NCBI RefSeq assembly: GCF_018350175.1
Contig: NC_058368.1
Coordinates: 126,544,001 to 126,608,000, forward strand
Reading direction: 5' to 3'
Origin: Felis catus
Lineage: Eukaryota
DNA length: 64,000 nucleotides
The notes under the pieces: model-generated
What the model was told of the DNA's origin: nothing
Database searches by the model: none
Seen by the model: only the letters and a program-made list of their open reading frames with translations
Program-made: the position numbers and the translations under genes
Shown here: positions 26,574-38,780 of the stretch, piece by piece
Layout of the letters: each line of letters starts with the position of its first letter
Position numbering within the stretch: the stretch's first letter is position 1

Positions 26574-27266
26574 GGGCTTAACCTTAGGAGTCTTTCGAAT
26601 TGAAAGTGACCTTAAAAATTATGTAATTTTGTCATGTCACTTTACAAATAAGGAAACTCAAAAGATGATGTGACTTTCTCAAAGCGCCAGAGGGAGTTTG
26701 TGGAAGAACTGAGTCCACTACTCTGAAAGAAGCTGTGATTCCAAGTCCAAAGCCCATTCCGTGCTTCCAGGCGGGAGTGTGCTTTACTATAGCTGCTGAT
26801 TACTTACTTAGAGCCACTAATTCATCACAGCAAATGCCATTTTAATCCTTGCTTATTTACTTCCTAATGACAAATCCTGAATCTAATTTCTTTATAAAAA
26901 CACATTTTGGTGTTTAAAGAGAGACACGCCTGATTTTAATGTAATTATGAAAACTGCAGAGCCATGAAATCTTTGTTAAGTGCATACTGCTTGGGTTTGC
27001 ATATAATTTGTGGTTCATAATTCTTAAGTTTGCCTGCTGGTCTACTCAGATAAGAGGAAGCAGCGAGAGCTCTGTATTAAAGGACTCTGAAAGGATCAAC
27101 TGCCTAGATATCTCTGTTTACAGAAAAGGGAAAAAAAAATTCTCCCTGTTTAGTGAGGTGAAAAATAATCCAAATAGCTGAAAATAGTCTCAAACACAGA
27201 ATTCTTGAAAGCACTGAGGGTCTTGTAGTAAGCAAAAACAATAATACAAATACAAAAAAAGTACAG

Positions 27267-27495
27267 TACATGTACTGTATGATATCACTTATATGTGGAA
27301 TCTGAATAAGCTGAATTTGTAAGAACAGGGAATAAAATGGGGCAAGAGGGTGGGGGAATAGAAAAGATATTTAAGAGTTTAAAGTTTCAATGAGTAGATA
27401 AATAGTCCTGGAGATTTAATTCACAGTATTACAGACAATGTATTTATTATAGACATCAAACTTGCTAAGAGACTAGATAAAAAATAAAAACAAAA
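27267..27495 (+). mobile_element. L1 3' end fragment
   Basis: tactgtatgatatcacttatatgtggaatct...aaacttgctaagagactagat + A-rich tail. Confidence 0.8.
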
Positions 27496-28510
27496 TGAAA
27501 ACCTATTGTGCCAATGAACCATGCTGAATGTGTCTGGTGCTGAAGTTCTATTACATTCCAAAACTGTAGTTATCAAAAAGGGATGTGATAAATAGGTAAA
27601 GTGACTTTTACCTCATCTGAATGATTTCGGTTGGCATATTCCCAGAAGTCTAAAGAAGAGTTTGCTCTTCTTTTTAATTGCTGTAACTATCAGTCATTCT
27701 TTGGCTGGAAATTTAGCTCCAGTTTGAATTAGGACTGGTGATACCATTGCCCAACACTGGAAAGGCTGATTTGTTGGGCAGTAATGTACTCTCCATTAAT
27801 TAATACCATAAGAAACCCATATTATCAAATCAGAGAGAACTTCAAGCATGTAGCTGATGATATCAGTTTTGCTTTATTCAGAGTGAGTGCTGGAGAAACG
27901 TTATATTGTGAGCCAATTTCATCAAAACAAAGGCAATCATAACTTATTATTTTTGATAATCACTGTGATCCTTTACTATTCCCCTCACTCTTCAATAACA
28001 TTTTTCTAACCATCTGTTTATTTATGGCATTAGGTTGTATGTTAAGTAGAATGATATTCAGGGAATCTCTGCTCTCAAAGTATTTTTAGATAAACTGATT
28101 AATGGAATAATATATCACATAGGGTAGTTTTTGTGTTCTTATTTTGTAACTAGGTAAGTGGTCTTTACCTACAGGAGGAAAACAGCTGCTCACAAGTGAA
28201 TTTCATTACAGCAGTTGGAGAGAAGTATCTGGTCCAAGTGTGAACTAGATTCTTCTGTCTTATGGTTAGATGTTTTGCAATATCACTGTTCGCTGGAATC
28301 CCTGGAAATTTACAAAGAATTGGCTTTCTTTTATGAACTCTTAAACACTTTGGATGATGAGTTTGACATTGTGTTATTTGGGTATTTTATTCATTAGGAA
28401 AGGAGGTAAGAGGTACTTGAACTTAAGATAAAATCTAAGATAAAATAAATTTGGTTTTCAGTGAATATTAATAATGCTAAAGAGAAGTCTTTTAAAATTT
28501 TTTTTAATGT

Positions 28511-28520
<10 letters not shown>

Positions 28521-28550
<30 letters not shown>

Positions 28551-28766
28551 AAAAAATTTTTTTTCAACGTTTATTTATTTTTCGGACAGAGAGAGACAGA
28601 GAATGAACGGGGGAGAGGCAGAGAGAGAGGGAGACACAGAATCGGAAACAGGCTCCAGGTTCTGAGCCATCAGCCCAGAGCCCGACGTGGGGCTCGAACT
28701 CACGGACTGCGAGATCGTGACCTGGCTGAAGTCGGACGCTTAACCGACTGCGCCACCCAGGCGCCC
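28521..28766 (-). mobile_element. Young Can-SINE nested in the tail of an older SINE
   Basis: TSD aatgtttatttattt at 28506-28520 and 28767-28781; (TTTA)n tail. Confidence 0.94.
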
Positions 28767-28975
28767 AATGTTTATTTATTTTTGAGAGAGATAGACAGAG
28801 TATGAGCACGGGAGGGGCAGAGAGCAGGGGAGGGAGACACAGGATTCAAAGCAGGCTCCAAGCTCTGAGCTGTCAGCCTTGACTGAGCCAGATGTGGGGC
28901 TCAAACTCACAAACTGTGAGATCATGACCTGAGCTGCAGTCAGACACTTAACCACCTGGGCCACCCAGGCACCCC
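28767..28975 (-). mobile_element. Older host Can-SINE (its tail continues at ~28490-28520)
   Basis: Reverse SINE ending ccacccaggcacccc. Confidence 0.92.
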
Positions 28976-30536
28976 GAGCTAAGTCTTATTCTAAAGGGAG
29001 TAGAAATTTCTTGGAACTGGGTGCATGGAGAAGAACTAGATGATGCCCAAACTTACTGCTGGAAGGACTCCTTGAATAAAATGACTTGCTCGCAAGCACT
29101 TTGTCCTCTTTTCCTTCTTGCCTCCCTCTCTGCATTCCTCCCTCTCTTCCTCTCTCTTTGGAGAAGGGCTGTTTGGTTTATAAATTAATTTAACTTGTTT
29201 CTGGAAATGGAGAAAATTAAATTTTACATGCACAATTGTACATGCACAATTTGATGCACTTGTTTCTAAAGTGTCCGTCTTCCTATGATGGGAGGCTTAG
29301 GCTGCATTTGACCCTTTGTTGGCCCATCCCCTTCCTCTTGCTTTCACATTTCTCATGGCAGCCTGGCAGTTCGTTTCAACATGGGAGATTCCAAGCATTA
29401 CATCTTTGGTGCCTCCCATATAAAATTATGACTTTACGACTCATAATGTTTCTCTGATGTTTTGGGGGATACGTGGGACAATTTTTTAAAAATTAAAATT
29501 AAAATAATTTAGCCCAATAACTGCCAAATGACCTAGGAATACAAGTGTAAAGGAGACATCAAGTATAGAAACAGTGTTTTGCTTAAAGAGTAGTCTATGT
29601 GGCCACCTTGGATGGTAATCTTTACTATCTTACTAATTAAGAAGAAAAATCAGTCAGTTCCCACTATACATTGTGGGACAGTAGTCTTAGAACGCCTTCT
29701 GGAAAAGCATATTTTCCAACTTTTGCCTTGGGCATCCATCCCAAATTTGTATATTTATTTACAAATAAATGGCTAATCTCCCTATGGAATCATTTAAACT
29801 TGTACAATAGGAAGAATAAAAATCAGGAATCTAAAAGACTTATTAGAAGAAAGTGCAGATTTGTAATATAATGATGATACACCTATTTATAGACTGTTGG
29901 TTTTAAAACATCTCTGCTCTGGAGTTTCCACCTAAGGCTAAAAAAATAAAACATGTCTAAAATCTGAGGTCCTTATCTTTTTAAAGATGTTTAGTAACTC
30001 CTCCGCTTCTTGGTAGTTATCAAAAACATTAACCTTCCATTGCTCTGTTTTTAGAGCTTAGGCACCATCTATAACTTTCTTCTTAAAATCTTGGTGTGTA
30101 GTTTAATCCCTTACAGAATGTGTTAACTCTTTTCTGAATCATCCTTGACATGGCTCACAAAACCTATGTTCAAACATGTCCAGAAATGAAGTAATCACCA
30201 ATACATCAAGTGACTGATTTCTGTATTAGTTGGTTCTCCATTTTGATCACAATCTATACAGTTCCAATCATTTTTAACCATTGAGGCAAAGGGCTTTATC
30301 CCTTTGCAAAACCCAGCTTGGATAAAGTCCCAAGGAACATCCTAGTCATTATTTATTTGCTTTTCTTTCCATGGCAATTTCCAATTTTTATTTGCTTGTC
30401 TCTTTTTTTTTAATTGCCTTGGACACTTCATATTGAAGTTGTTGTCTTGGCAGAAAGAAATATTAAAGCTGAGAGATTTTTGCCTGTCAATTTCAAGCAA
30501 AGTGGAAGACCATAGCAGTAATCTCATTTCCATTTG

Positions 30537-30568
<32 letters not shown>

Positions 30569-30570
30569 GA
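30537..30570. repeat. Poly-A/(GAAAA)n
   Basis: Direct reading. Confidence 0.9.
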
Positions 30571-30941
30571 TCCTATTTTACTGAGGAATGACAACTTGTA
30601 AGACATCTTTACCTCTTGGCCACTTATCATTTTATTTAAATAAGAGTTATTAGCAGTGGTTTCTGGTCACATCTTTGGAAAAAAAATGGCATACAAGAAT
30701 TAGGTCTATAATACCTATAAAATACAATATATGTAATATGTATATATGAATTTGTATACGTATGAATTTCTGTAGCGACTCTGAAAACCTAAACCATAAT
30801 GTTTATTTATTAATGTTAATTTATTAATGTTTATTTATTTTTGAGAGAGAAAATATGTGAATTATATGTGAAACATATTATTATATCAAACATTGCATTT
30901 CAGAAAGAAACTTAAAAAAAAAGATGAAAGAGCCTCTGGGA

Positions 30942-31150
30942 GTAGTAATATTTAACATGTATTGCTGAGGGCCTGTGCTAAACAATTACCTGTTCTTCGT
31001 AACACCCTTGGAGGTAGTCAATCATAATCCCCATTTCACAGTTGGGGAAACTGAGGTGTAGAGAGGTTAACTGATTTTTCTAAGATCACATAGTAAGTGA
31101 TGGAGTCAGAGTGTGAACACCAGTCACCTAACCCCAGTGTCCCTACTCTT
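30942..31150 (-). mobile_element. MIR SINE
   Basis: ccccatttcacagttggggaaactgaggtgtagagaggttaa core. Confidence 0.8.
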
Positions 31151-34144
31151 CACGGAGAGCCAGTGTTAGTCACACTACCAGCATCAGAATGACCAAGGCA
31201 GGCATGCTTGGAGACAGTGCCAATTCCCAGAGTTCACCACCAAATATACTAAAGGAGAGCCTCTCAGACTGTGGCACTATGTTAACACAGCAACTATAAT
31301 TTATGAGTAAGCCTGTCCAAAAGAAGAGGTTTCCTAAAACTTCCCTGAATGTGAGGTTAGCTCCAGTTATTTGTCCATACAAACCAGTCTGAGCTACATC
31401 GGAATTTATTGCTGTTGGCAATAGCAAAATAAGGGAAGAAACCCTGACCCAAGTGGTCATGTTCTTCAGCAGCTTAAAGTGGTCTTTAGATGTAAAGAGT
31501 CATTCATTCGTCTTTCTGTAAAGGATGAGGGATCTGTGCAAATCCAGCCTTACTGCCTTGCCCATCCACCTTTCCCTCACATTTGTGAAATGAGTGGCCA
31601 GCTTGAGCATGTAGTCAGGCAGAACAAAGAACTCACAGGGATCAGACCCTGACCTTATTAGCACAGCATGAGCATCAAGCCTGGCGTACTCCAGCCTGGG
31701 TGGTACCCAGCTGGACAACTTTCTGTCTTTCCTGTAGGAGAGAATTGGTAGATGCCAGTGCATCTGCTCTCTGACTCTGCTATCAAGCTATTCGAGCAGT
31801 AGGGTCTGTTGGCATGGTAAGAAAAATACATTTGTCTGGCACACAAGCCCCAAAAGAACTTTTTGCGTTGAAAGTAAAAAACGGAATTATAGTCAGAATG
31901 CTAATGCCCTTTCAGGCTTCTCATGCCAGCAGCCATGTTGTCAGTGAAATTTAAATGTGGGAAAAATGCTTTTATGGGCTGCCAGATTGTTTGGCAAATG
32001 ACTTAGGTCTATTTAATCTATTTGTAATGCAGTGATTTTGGTAACTTTTTTTACTCTGAAAGATAAAAACTAAATGTTGCTTTATCCATAGGTTTTATTC
32101 CCCATCAACAATGGTTTTCTTCGTCTTAGCTAACCTCTCTTCTTACATTTAAAAGGTATGAGTGTTTAACATACTTCTCTTCTAGTAAGTGATGGAGCTG
32201 CAATTCAATACAGGTTCTTTTTCATTTCACCTGGAGACATAAAGTGGCTGCTTCCTTGATAATAAGTTCTGGAAATTTGCTTTTTCTCACTGAGTAGAAG
32301 ATTTAACTCTTAAATGGAATTCAGGTTGAATAAATTCTGTGGATGTTATTCTGTATTTAGATCATATCAAGTTTTAATATGAGTTTGGCCTCCCTGAGAT
32401 TTTGTTTATATACAGTGCTATGGTTAGATTTTATCTCTTTCAAAATCAGTCTGCGTAGTAACAATGGTAAAAGGGCCCTGAGTGCCCATGGGCTGTCTTT
32501 CCTCCCCACACTGGCCTCTTTCCCTCTCCAGAGGAGAGTCCACCGTTCACAGTCAGTCCTCAGCACTGGGTCTGCCTTCCTAGCTTCCCCAGCCCTGGCA
32601 GCCAGTGTCCAGCCCTATTTCCTCCCACCCCACCAGTAAGTCCACTCCTGTCTTGAATAAAGATTTATTTTTAAAAAATCTGTTTCCCATGCTGTATCAG
32701 AAAGACTTGTATATCTTCATCTTTGGAGGAAGTCACTATTCAGACTCCTGAGACTTAATAAAGCCTCCTTGCTTTTTTTTTTTTTTCTCCATGAGCACAT
32801 CTCTCATTAGCTCTATCATCTTTGTGGCTGGCCTCTGACCTCATCTCTGATTTCAGTTCCTCCAATTATAGAGCCGAACGTCAGATTCAGCTCTGCATTG
32901 GTATCTGATCAGAATAGAACAGAAAAGAGACAATTGCTTAAATACCAATTGAAGCCATCTTTTGATGGTTTCAACATAGCCAAAAAATGTAGGCAAAGAA
33001 GCCCAGGTTTGTCACCTACTTAGTTATGGGATCTTGAAGCCTTACTTGCAATTATCCTCTATTATAGGAGGCCCTGGAAGACTTTGTGCCTTATAAAATT
33101 GAATCCTATGTAACCTCTTATGGAAATGTTATGTCACGTGGGGTCATGGGTGAAATTGCCCCATGCTGTATGAGGCCTGGGTGTGACTTTCCCTGTTTCC
33201 CAAATGCCAGTCAATAGGATTAATGTTTCCCACTAACTCAACAACTTGTGAAACCATAGTCAGCAACTCAGGTTTGCTTTGATGTTTAGACATTCCACGT
33301 GGATGGAAGGAATAGCATCACATTATATTTTAAAAATCATTTACGTTGCAGGCTATTCATAAAGAAACAAATATATTAGACCCACTTATAAAAGAGAAAT
33401 GTATGCCATTAGTAATAGCGGTGTTGTTTCTGGTCCAGAAGCCTTTCCAAAGGAAACATCCTTTCCCTGATATCTCTTTTCTCTGGCTTTCCAGTGCTTC
33501 CCAGAAGACAGACAATGATTTTATCCTCTCATGGCCCATGTCTGTTACACGGCCAGCTGCCTGCTGCGAGCTTGCTGTTTCCCTGTGTGGAGCACGTAAT
33601 GAGATGCTACGGGACTTCTGTTTCTGTAGCATCTGGTTTCTACATTTTCATTTCCCTTTGTCTCCCTGTGTGTTTTAGAGACTTCATTCATCGCACATCA
33701 TACTCATTGTGAAATGGTTCTTATCTACCTCAGCGCACCGTAGTTTGAGATGTGGAACTCACTACTTTAACCTTGAAACACTGTTGTGATTCATTAGGCC
33801 TTTTGTCTCAATGACGGTCAAGACACTCATAAAAATAAGAAAGTGTAGAGGACTTTAAAGAAATTTGTGAGCCTAATCAAGTGATAGTCCTGATAGAGAT
33901 TTCACTGTGTGTTTCTTCTTTGAAATCTGTTCCATTTTTATGTAACGGGGCATGGAGAGAGAATAAGAGGGCATGTGGATTCTGGGTGATTCAGAAGGAT
34001 TCGTATCTTTATTTCTGCTCCTTCCCGAGGGTGGAGGGTGGGATAAGTGAGGAATAATATTCTACTGAGCAGTCCATTTGCATCTTAACAGACACTTTCT
34101 CTTAGAATTTGACATGCTTGCTTCAGTTCTTTACCATCATTAAC

Positions 34145-34375
34145 ACAAGCAATAATGATGCTAGCTATAGCATTTTATAGCTCGCATAGTACTTTTCTTA
34201 TTTGCAGCTTTCAGTTCAACTCAGTATCAGGTAAAGATTTCAATTTGGAAATCATGCAGCTGACGCTCAGAGAGGTCCATTGATATTTCTAAAGCCACAC
34301 AGTATGTATATCAGAGCCAGAGCAGGAACCCCAGCTGTTCTAACACCAAAGCCCTTGCTCTGTCCTCCACATGTT
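34145..34375 (-). mobile_element. MIR fragment
   Basis: gctcagagaggt...ctaaagccacacag...cagagccagagcaggaacccc. Confidence 0.6.
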
Positions 34376-34407
34376 GCTGCTTCCGGGAGAAAAATATAAA
34401 AGAGGTT

Positions 34408-34790
34408 CCATTTATTGAGCACCTAGTGTGTGCAAGAAGACTTTAGATATATGAATTTACTTAATCCTTACCACAACCTTAAGGGGTAGATCATATTATC
34501 TTTATTTTAGCTAGAAAGTGAAAATTCAGGGGAACCTGGGTGTCTCAGTTGTTTGAGCATCTGACTTCGGCTCAGGTCATGATCTCACGCTTCAGGAGTT
34601 AGAGTCGGGCTCTGTGCTGACAGCTCAGGGCCTGGAGCCTGCTTCAGATTCTGTGTCTCCCTCTCTCTCTGCTCCTCCCCTGCTCACACTCTGTCTCTCT
34701 CTCAAAAATAAATAAAGATTTAAAAAAAAACTTAAAAAAAAAAGAAAGTGAAAATTCAGAGGGGTTTAACTACCTGACCCAGCTGGTACT
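34408..34790 (-). mobile_element. MIR interrupted by a Can-SINE
   Basis: catttattgagcacctagtgtgtg...ttaatccttaccacaacc... resumes after the SINE as cagaggggtttaactacctgaccc. Confidence 0.7.
34529..34742 (+). mobile_element. Can-SINE
   Basis: TSD agaaagtgaaaattca at 34513-34528 and 34743-34758. Confidence 0.95.
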
Positions 34791-35455
34791 GGGTCATAGA
34801 TGACATTTTTTCTCTTTCATTTCAGACTGTGCATCCTGCTACAGAAGAAATAAGAATCTGTTCTCCATTTTTTTTCCCTACCAGACACTACAGTTTAAAG
34901 GGGAAACAGGGCATTCTTCTTTCCATTTACATCACCAGGTGAATTTTCAGATGCAGAACAAGCTCTTCTATAGTACTTATGGATAAATATTGTTTTAGTC
35001 CCCACAGGGGACTAGTGAAAGAGAAATTTACAAAGGAGAGCATCAGTGCCAGTCTCTTCACTCCTTGCTTTATCTCCAAGTTTCTCTATCATCCTGACTG
35101 TGGTTCTGTCTGCTGACCACCTCCTCTCAGCCCCTCAAAACCTACCTGTCACTGGGGAACCTGCCTTACCTTTTCTTAGAGCTTTTCCCAGTTCCCTTCA
35201 AGCTGTCCCTTCTTGGATTCCCCTGGAACACATTTCACCCATCACACAGTAAACTCTTCAAATACAGCCAGCTTCTCAGGTTGCTTTTACAACTTTCATT
35301 TTGTCAGGTTACTAGAAATGCAAATTATTTGATTTAGATATTGCCTCTCATGGATGTTTATTCTGTATTTTTTTCACTACCCAGCCCAATGTTAGAAATG
35401 TAGATTTACGTTGTTTGGTTAGTTTTTACCAAGAAGTTAACCCAGACAAAATATT

Positions 35456-35673
35456 TTCTTTTTAATTTGTTTAACGTTTATTTATTTTTGAGACAGAGGG
35501 AGACAGAGCATAAACGGGAGAGGGGCAGAGAGAGGGAGACACAGAATTGGAAGCAGGCTCCAGGCTCTGATCCATCAGCGCAGAGCCCGACAGGGGGCTT
35601 GAACTCACGGACCGTGAGATCGTGACCTGAGTTGAAGTTGGACGCTTAACTGACTGAGCCACCCAGGCGCCCC
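35456..35673 (-). mobile_element. Can-SINE
   Basis: Perfect 17-bp TSD aacccagacaaaatatt at 35439-35455 and 35674-35690. Confidence 0.96.
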
Positions 35674-36455
35674 AACCCAGACAAAATATTGATTAGTTAA
35701 AACAACCTGATTTTTTCCTTATATAAATTTTGAGCCCGAATGTTCATTTTGGCTAGACACTAAATTGCTTGGGCTAAGTTAAGAATTCATTTTATTCTTG
35801 GTTAAAATAGTCCAGAAGAATAAAGGAATGGCCATTTGATAGGATATTTTTATTTCTTTTTGAAGTTCCCTTGGGCTTGAAAACACAAGACAGAAAGGAC
35901 AGGTGCCCCCACCCTCTGTGGCCGCACAACAATGCAGACAGGATTTGTAACCTTCCTCTTTAATTTTTCAAAAGAAAATTGGAAGTCTTTGAGTTTTCTT
36001 CTTCAGTTTGCCCTCGCCTTTGCTTCTCAGCTCTGAAAGGCATTGCAAGGGCCTCTGATCTTCATCCTCTCTCATCTTCCTGTGCCACGGTATCACCCTA
36101 TCTTCATCGTTTCAAAGGGAAACTATAAATAGTTCCACTCTCCTAGGAGACCTTGACCACATTCTTGTGTCTAAGAACCACATTCCCATCATTGTAACAC
36201 AGATATCTCAAGTCAAACTTGTACAAAAAACTAAAGGCAATGTAATTCTCTCATGTGTCACTGGTGTTTTTCATCTTTTGATTACAACATCAAAACTCAC
36301 AAATTTTACCACGATGAAAATCAAGTTATCCAGTGTTCTGTCTCATCCTTCATTACTTCACTTCCATCCTTTTAAAGAAATATAAGTAGACAAGAAATTG
36401 TTTATTCATAAGGCTAGGTCAAGGCAAAGATCACTTGTGGTATTTTTTGGTCATA

Positions 36456-36698
36456 TTTTATTTTATTTTATTTTATTTTATTTTATTTTTATTTATTTTA
36501 ATATTTTTGAGACAGAGAGAGACAGAATGTGAGAGGGGGAGGGGCAGATATAGAGGGAGACACAGAATCTGAACCAGGCTCCAGGCTCTGAGCTGTCAGC
36601 ACAGAACCCGATTTGGGGCTCGAACTCACAGACTGTGTGAGATCATGACCTGAGCCGAAGTCAGATGCTCAAACTAACTGAGCCACCCAGGCACTCCT
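36456..36698 (-). mobile_element. Can-SINE with (TTTTA)n tail
   Basis: Reverse SINE; gtcatatt on both flanks. Confidence 0.93.
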
Positions 36699-36930
36699 AA
36701 TTGTCATATTCTGACCCTTATTATTCATCACAGTTTTCTCTACCCTCTAGGAGAAAATGTCAGTAGTCTGGAACGTAGACCTTGTATTTTCAAGAAAGAA
36801 TGAAGGTGCATACAGAACTTAGTCTATAAAGATTAGGTACACTTTTGTTAAAAATAGAAAACTATATTTTAACAGAGAATTGTATTTCAAGTCAGGAAAT
36901 CTGGGTTATTGTTGATTATTTGGCACTTAA

Positions 36931-37108
36931 AATTTTTTTTAATGTTTCTTTAGTTTTGAGAGAGAGAGAAAGAAAGAGGGGAGAGGGAGGGAGGGAGGGA
37001 GGGAGAGAGATGTGAGCACAGAGCCGTAGCTGGGCTCGAAGTCACAAACTGTGAGATCATGACCTGAGCCAAAGTCAGACACTTAACTGACTGAGCCACC
37101 CACGCGCC
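36931..37108 (-). mobile_element. Can-SINE with internal deletion
   Basis: TSD tgattatt(tg/ca)gcactta on both flanks. Confidence 0.88.
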
Positions 37109-37119
37109 TGATTATTCAG

Positions 37120-37230
37120 CACTTATAAACTGCATGAACTTGATTATCTCACTGGCCTCTCTGGGCTTTCATTTCCTGATTTGTAAATGAGAATCTAAAT
37201 GTTCTAGGTCTGTTTCAGCTCTGAATTCAC
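37120..37230 (+). mobile_element. MIR fragment
   Basis: cctctctgggctttcatttcctgatttgtaaatgag. Confidence 0.55.
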
Positions 37231-38039
37231 AGAATGTTTTTAAATACATTTTTCCCTCTTACAGGATTTTTGATCTAGTGCATCAGAAACTTTTTACTGC
37301 TGAAATTGGCCCTTTAATATCTACTCTGTTACCACTATATATGGTTATATGTTTGCCATCTTATTTTATGACTTTGCCGTGACCATCCTGATTCTATTTA
37401 TTTATTTCCTGCTTTTTCTTGGATTGGTTGAGTGCTTTTATTTTCTCCAATTTCATTCTTTCCTTTATTAGTTTGAAAGTTGTAACTGTTATATATAAGG
37501 TGATTATTAAAATTCCACAGTTTATATTTAAAATAAAAATTTAATATCTTTATTTCCCCAAAATCAAATACTTAGAATAATTTAACAGCTACCGTTTCCC
37601 ACTCTACATAACAATGTTATGCACTGTTCCGCGCTTAATACTATCTTGACTTTTTACACCCTAAATTAGAGAACCATGTTCTGGAAGAACAGGTTTAAAG
37701 AAATCAGGACTTGTCATTGGTACCACATGTTTGATAAAGGACAACTGGGATGAGAAACAGAAATTAAACCACTGGATATGGCAGTCAGGATGTCACTGAT
37801 TACTTTAGCATGAACCATTTTAGCAGAGTGTTGGGACCAGTCATGGTTACCACTGGTGAAAGAATGAATGGAGTTTGAAAAAGTGAAGCTGACAAAGATC
37901 AAAAAGCACACACATGAAACAGGTGTTAAATAGCCAAATGACTACATCAAACATAGAGCCAGACTGAAAAAAAAATCCGAATTGTCCAACGGTCAACCTA
38001 AAATTTGGGGGGAGGAGTAGACTGTGTGTGAGAAAAGGT

Positions 38040-38200
38040 TGGCCTTAGTATGATTCCTGTTATTTACTACTTTTATGACTCAGAACTGGTGACTAACCTC
38101 TCTATTTCTCAGTTTTACCATCTATAAAATGGTCTACTACCTCAGAATAATTAAATAAAATGATAAATGTGAACATACCCTGAAACATATGAAGTCCTGC
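38040..38200 (+). mobile_element. MIR fragment
   Basis: taacctctctatttctcagttttaccatctataaaatgg. Confidence 0.65.
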
Positions 38201-38424
38201 TAATGTCTCCATTCTTCATGTTGTCATTGTTCTATTTCACTGGTGGTTACTCTGGTGAAAAGTCTAAATCCGTTGATGTTAAATATCACACATTAGTATT
38301 ATGTCTATCGAAATCCTGTTTCAGTCACACTGTGCTCAATGTCCTATGTCCATCCTCAAACCACAACTTGAACAGATACCATTTCCAGTCATTTTTTTTC
38401 CTATTTAAAAGGAAAAGCTCAGGC

Positions 38425-38780
38425 AGAGCCCAGACATTTTTAGGGCAGTGAACTAAAAATTTTTAGGGCAGTGTATGGTACTATAATGTGACAGTGGATA
38501 CATGTCACTATAATTTTGTCCAAACCCAAACCCAGAATATATAACACCAAGAATGGACCCTAACATAAACTATGGACTTTGAGTGATAATGATATGTCAA
38601 GGTATGTTCATTAGTTGCAACAAATGTACTACTCTGGTGGGAGATGTTGATGATGAGGGAGGTTATGCATGAGGCTATGCAGAGAGTATACGGGAACTCT
38701 CAATTTTCCACTCAATTTTACTATGAACCTAAAAATTCTCTAAAAAATATAAGGCTTATTAAAAAACAAAAACAAAAAAT
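38425..38780 (+). mobile_element. L1MC1/2-like 3' end
   Basis: ttttagggcagtgaa...gtggatacatgtcactat..tttgtccaaaccca...taaactatggactttgagtgataatgat...A tail. Confidence 0.8.

Noticed and set aside
27536..27544. RE1 left half-site (ggtgctgaa)
   Set aside because: There is no properly spaced GGACAG half, so it is probably a chance match.
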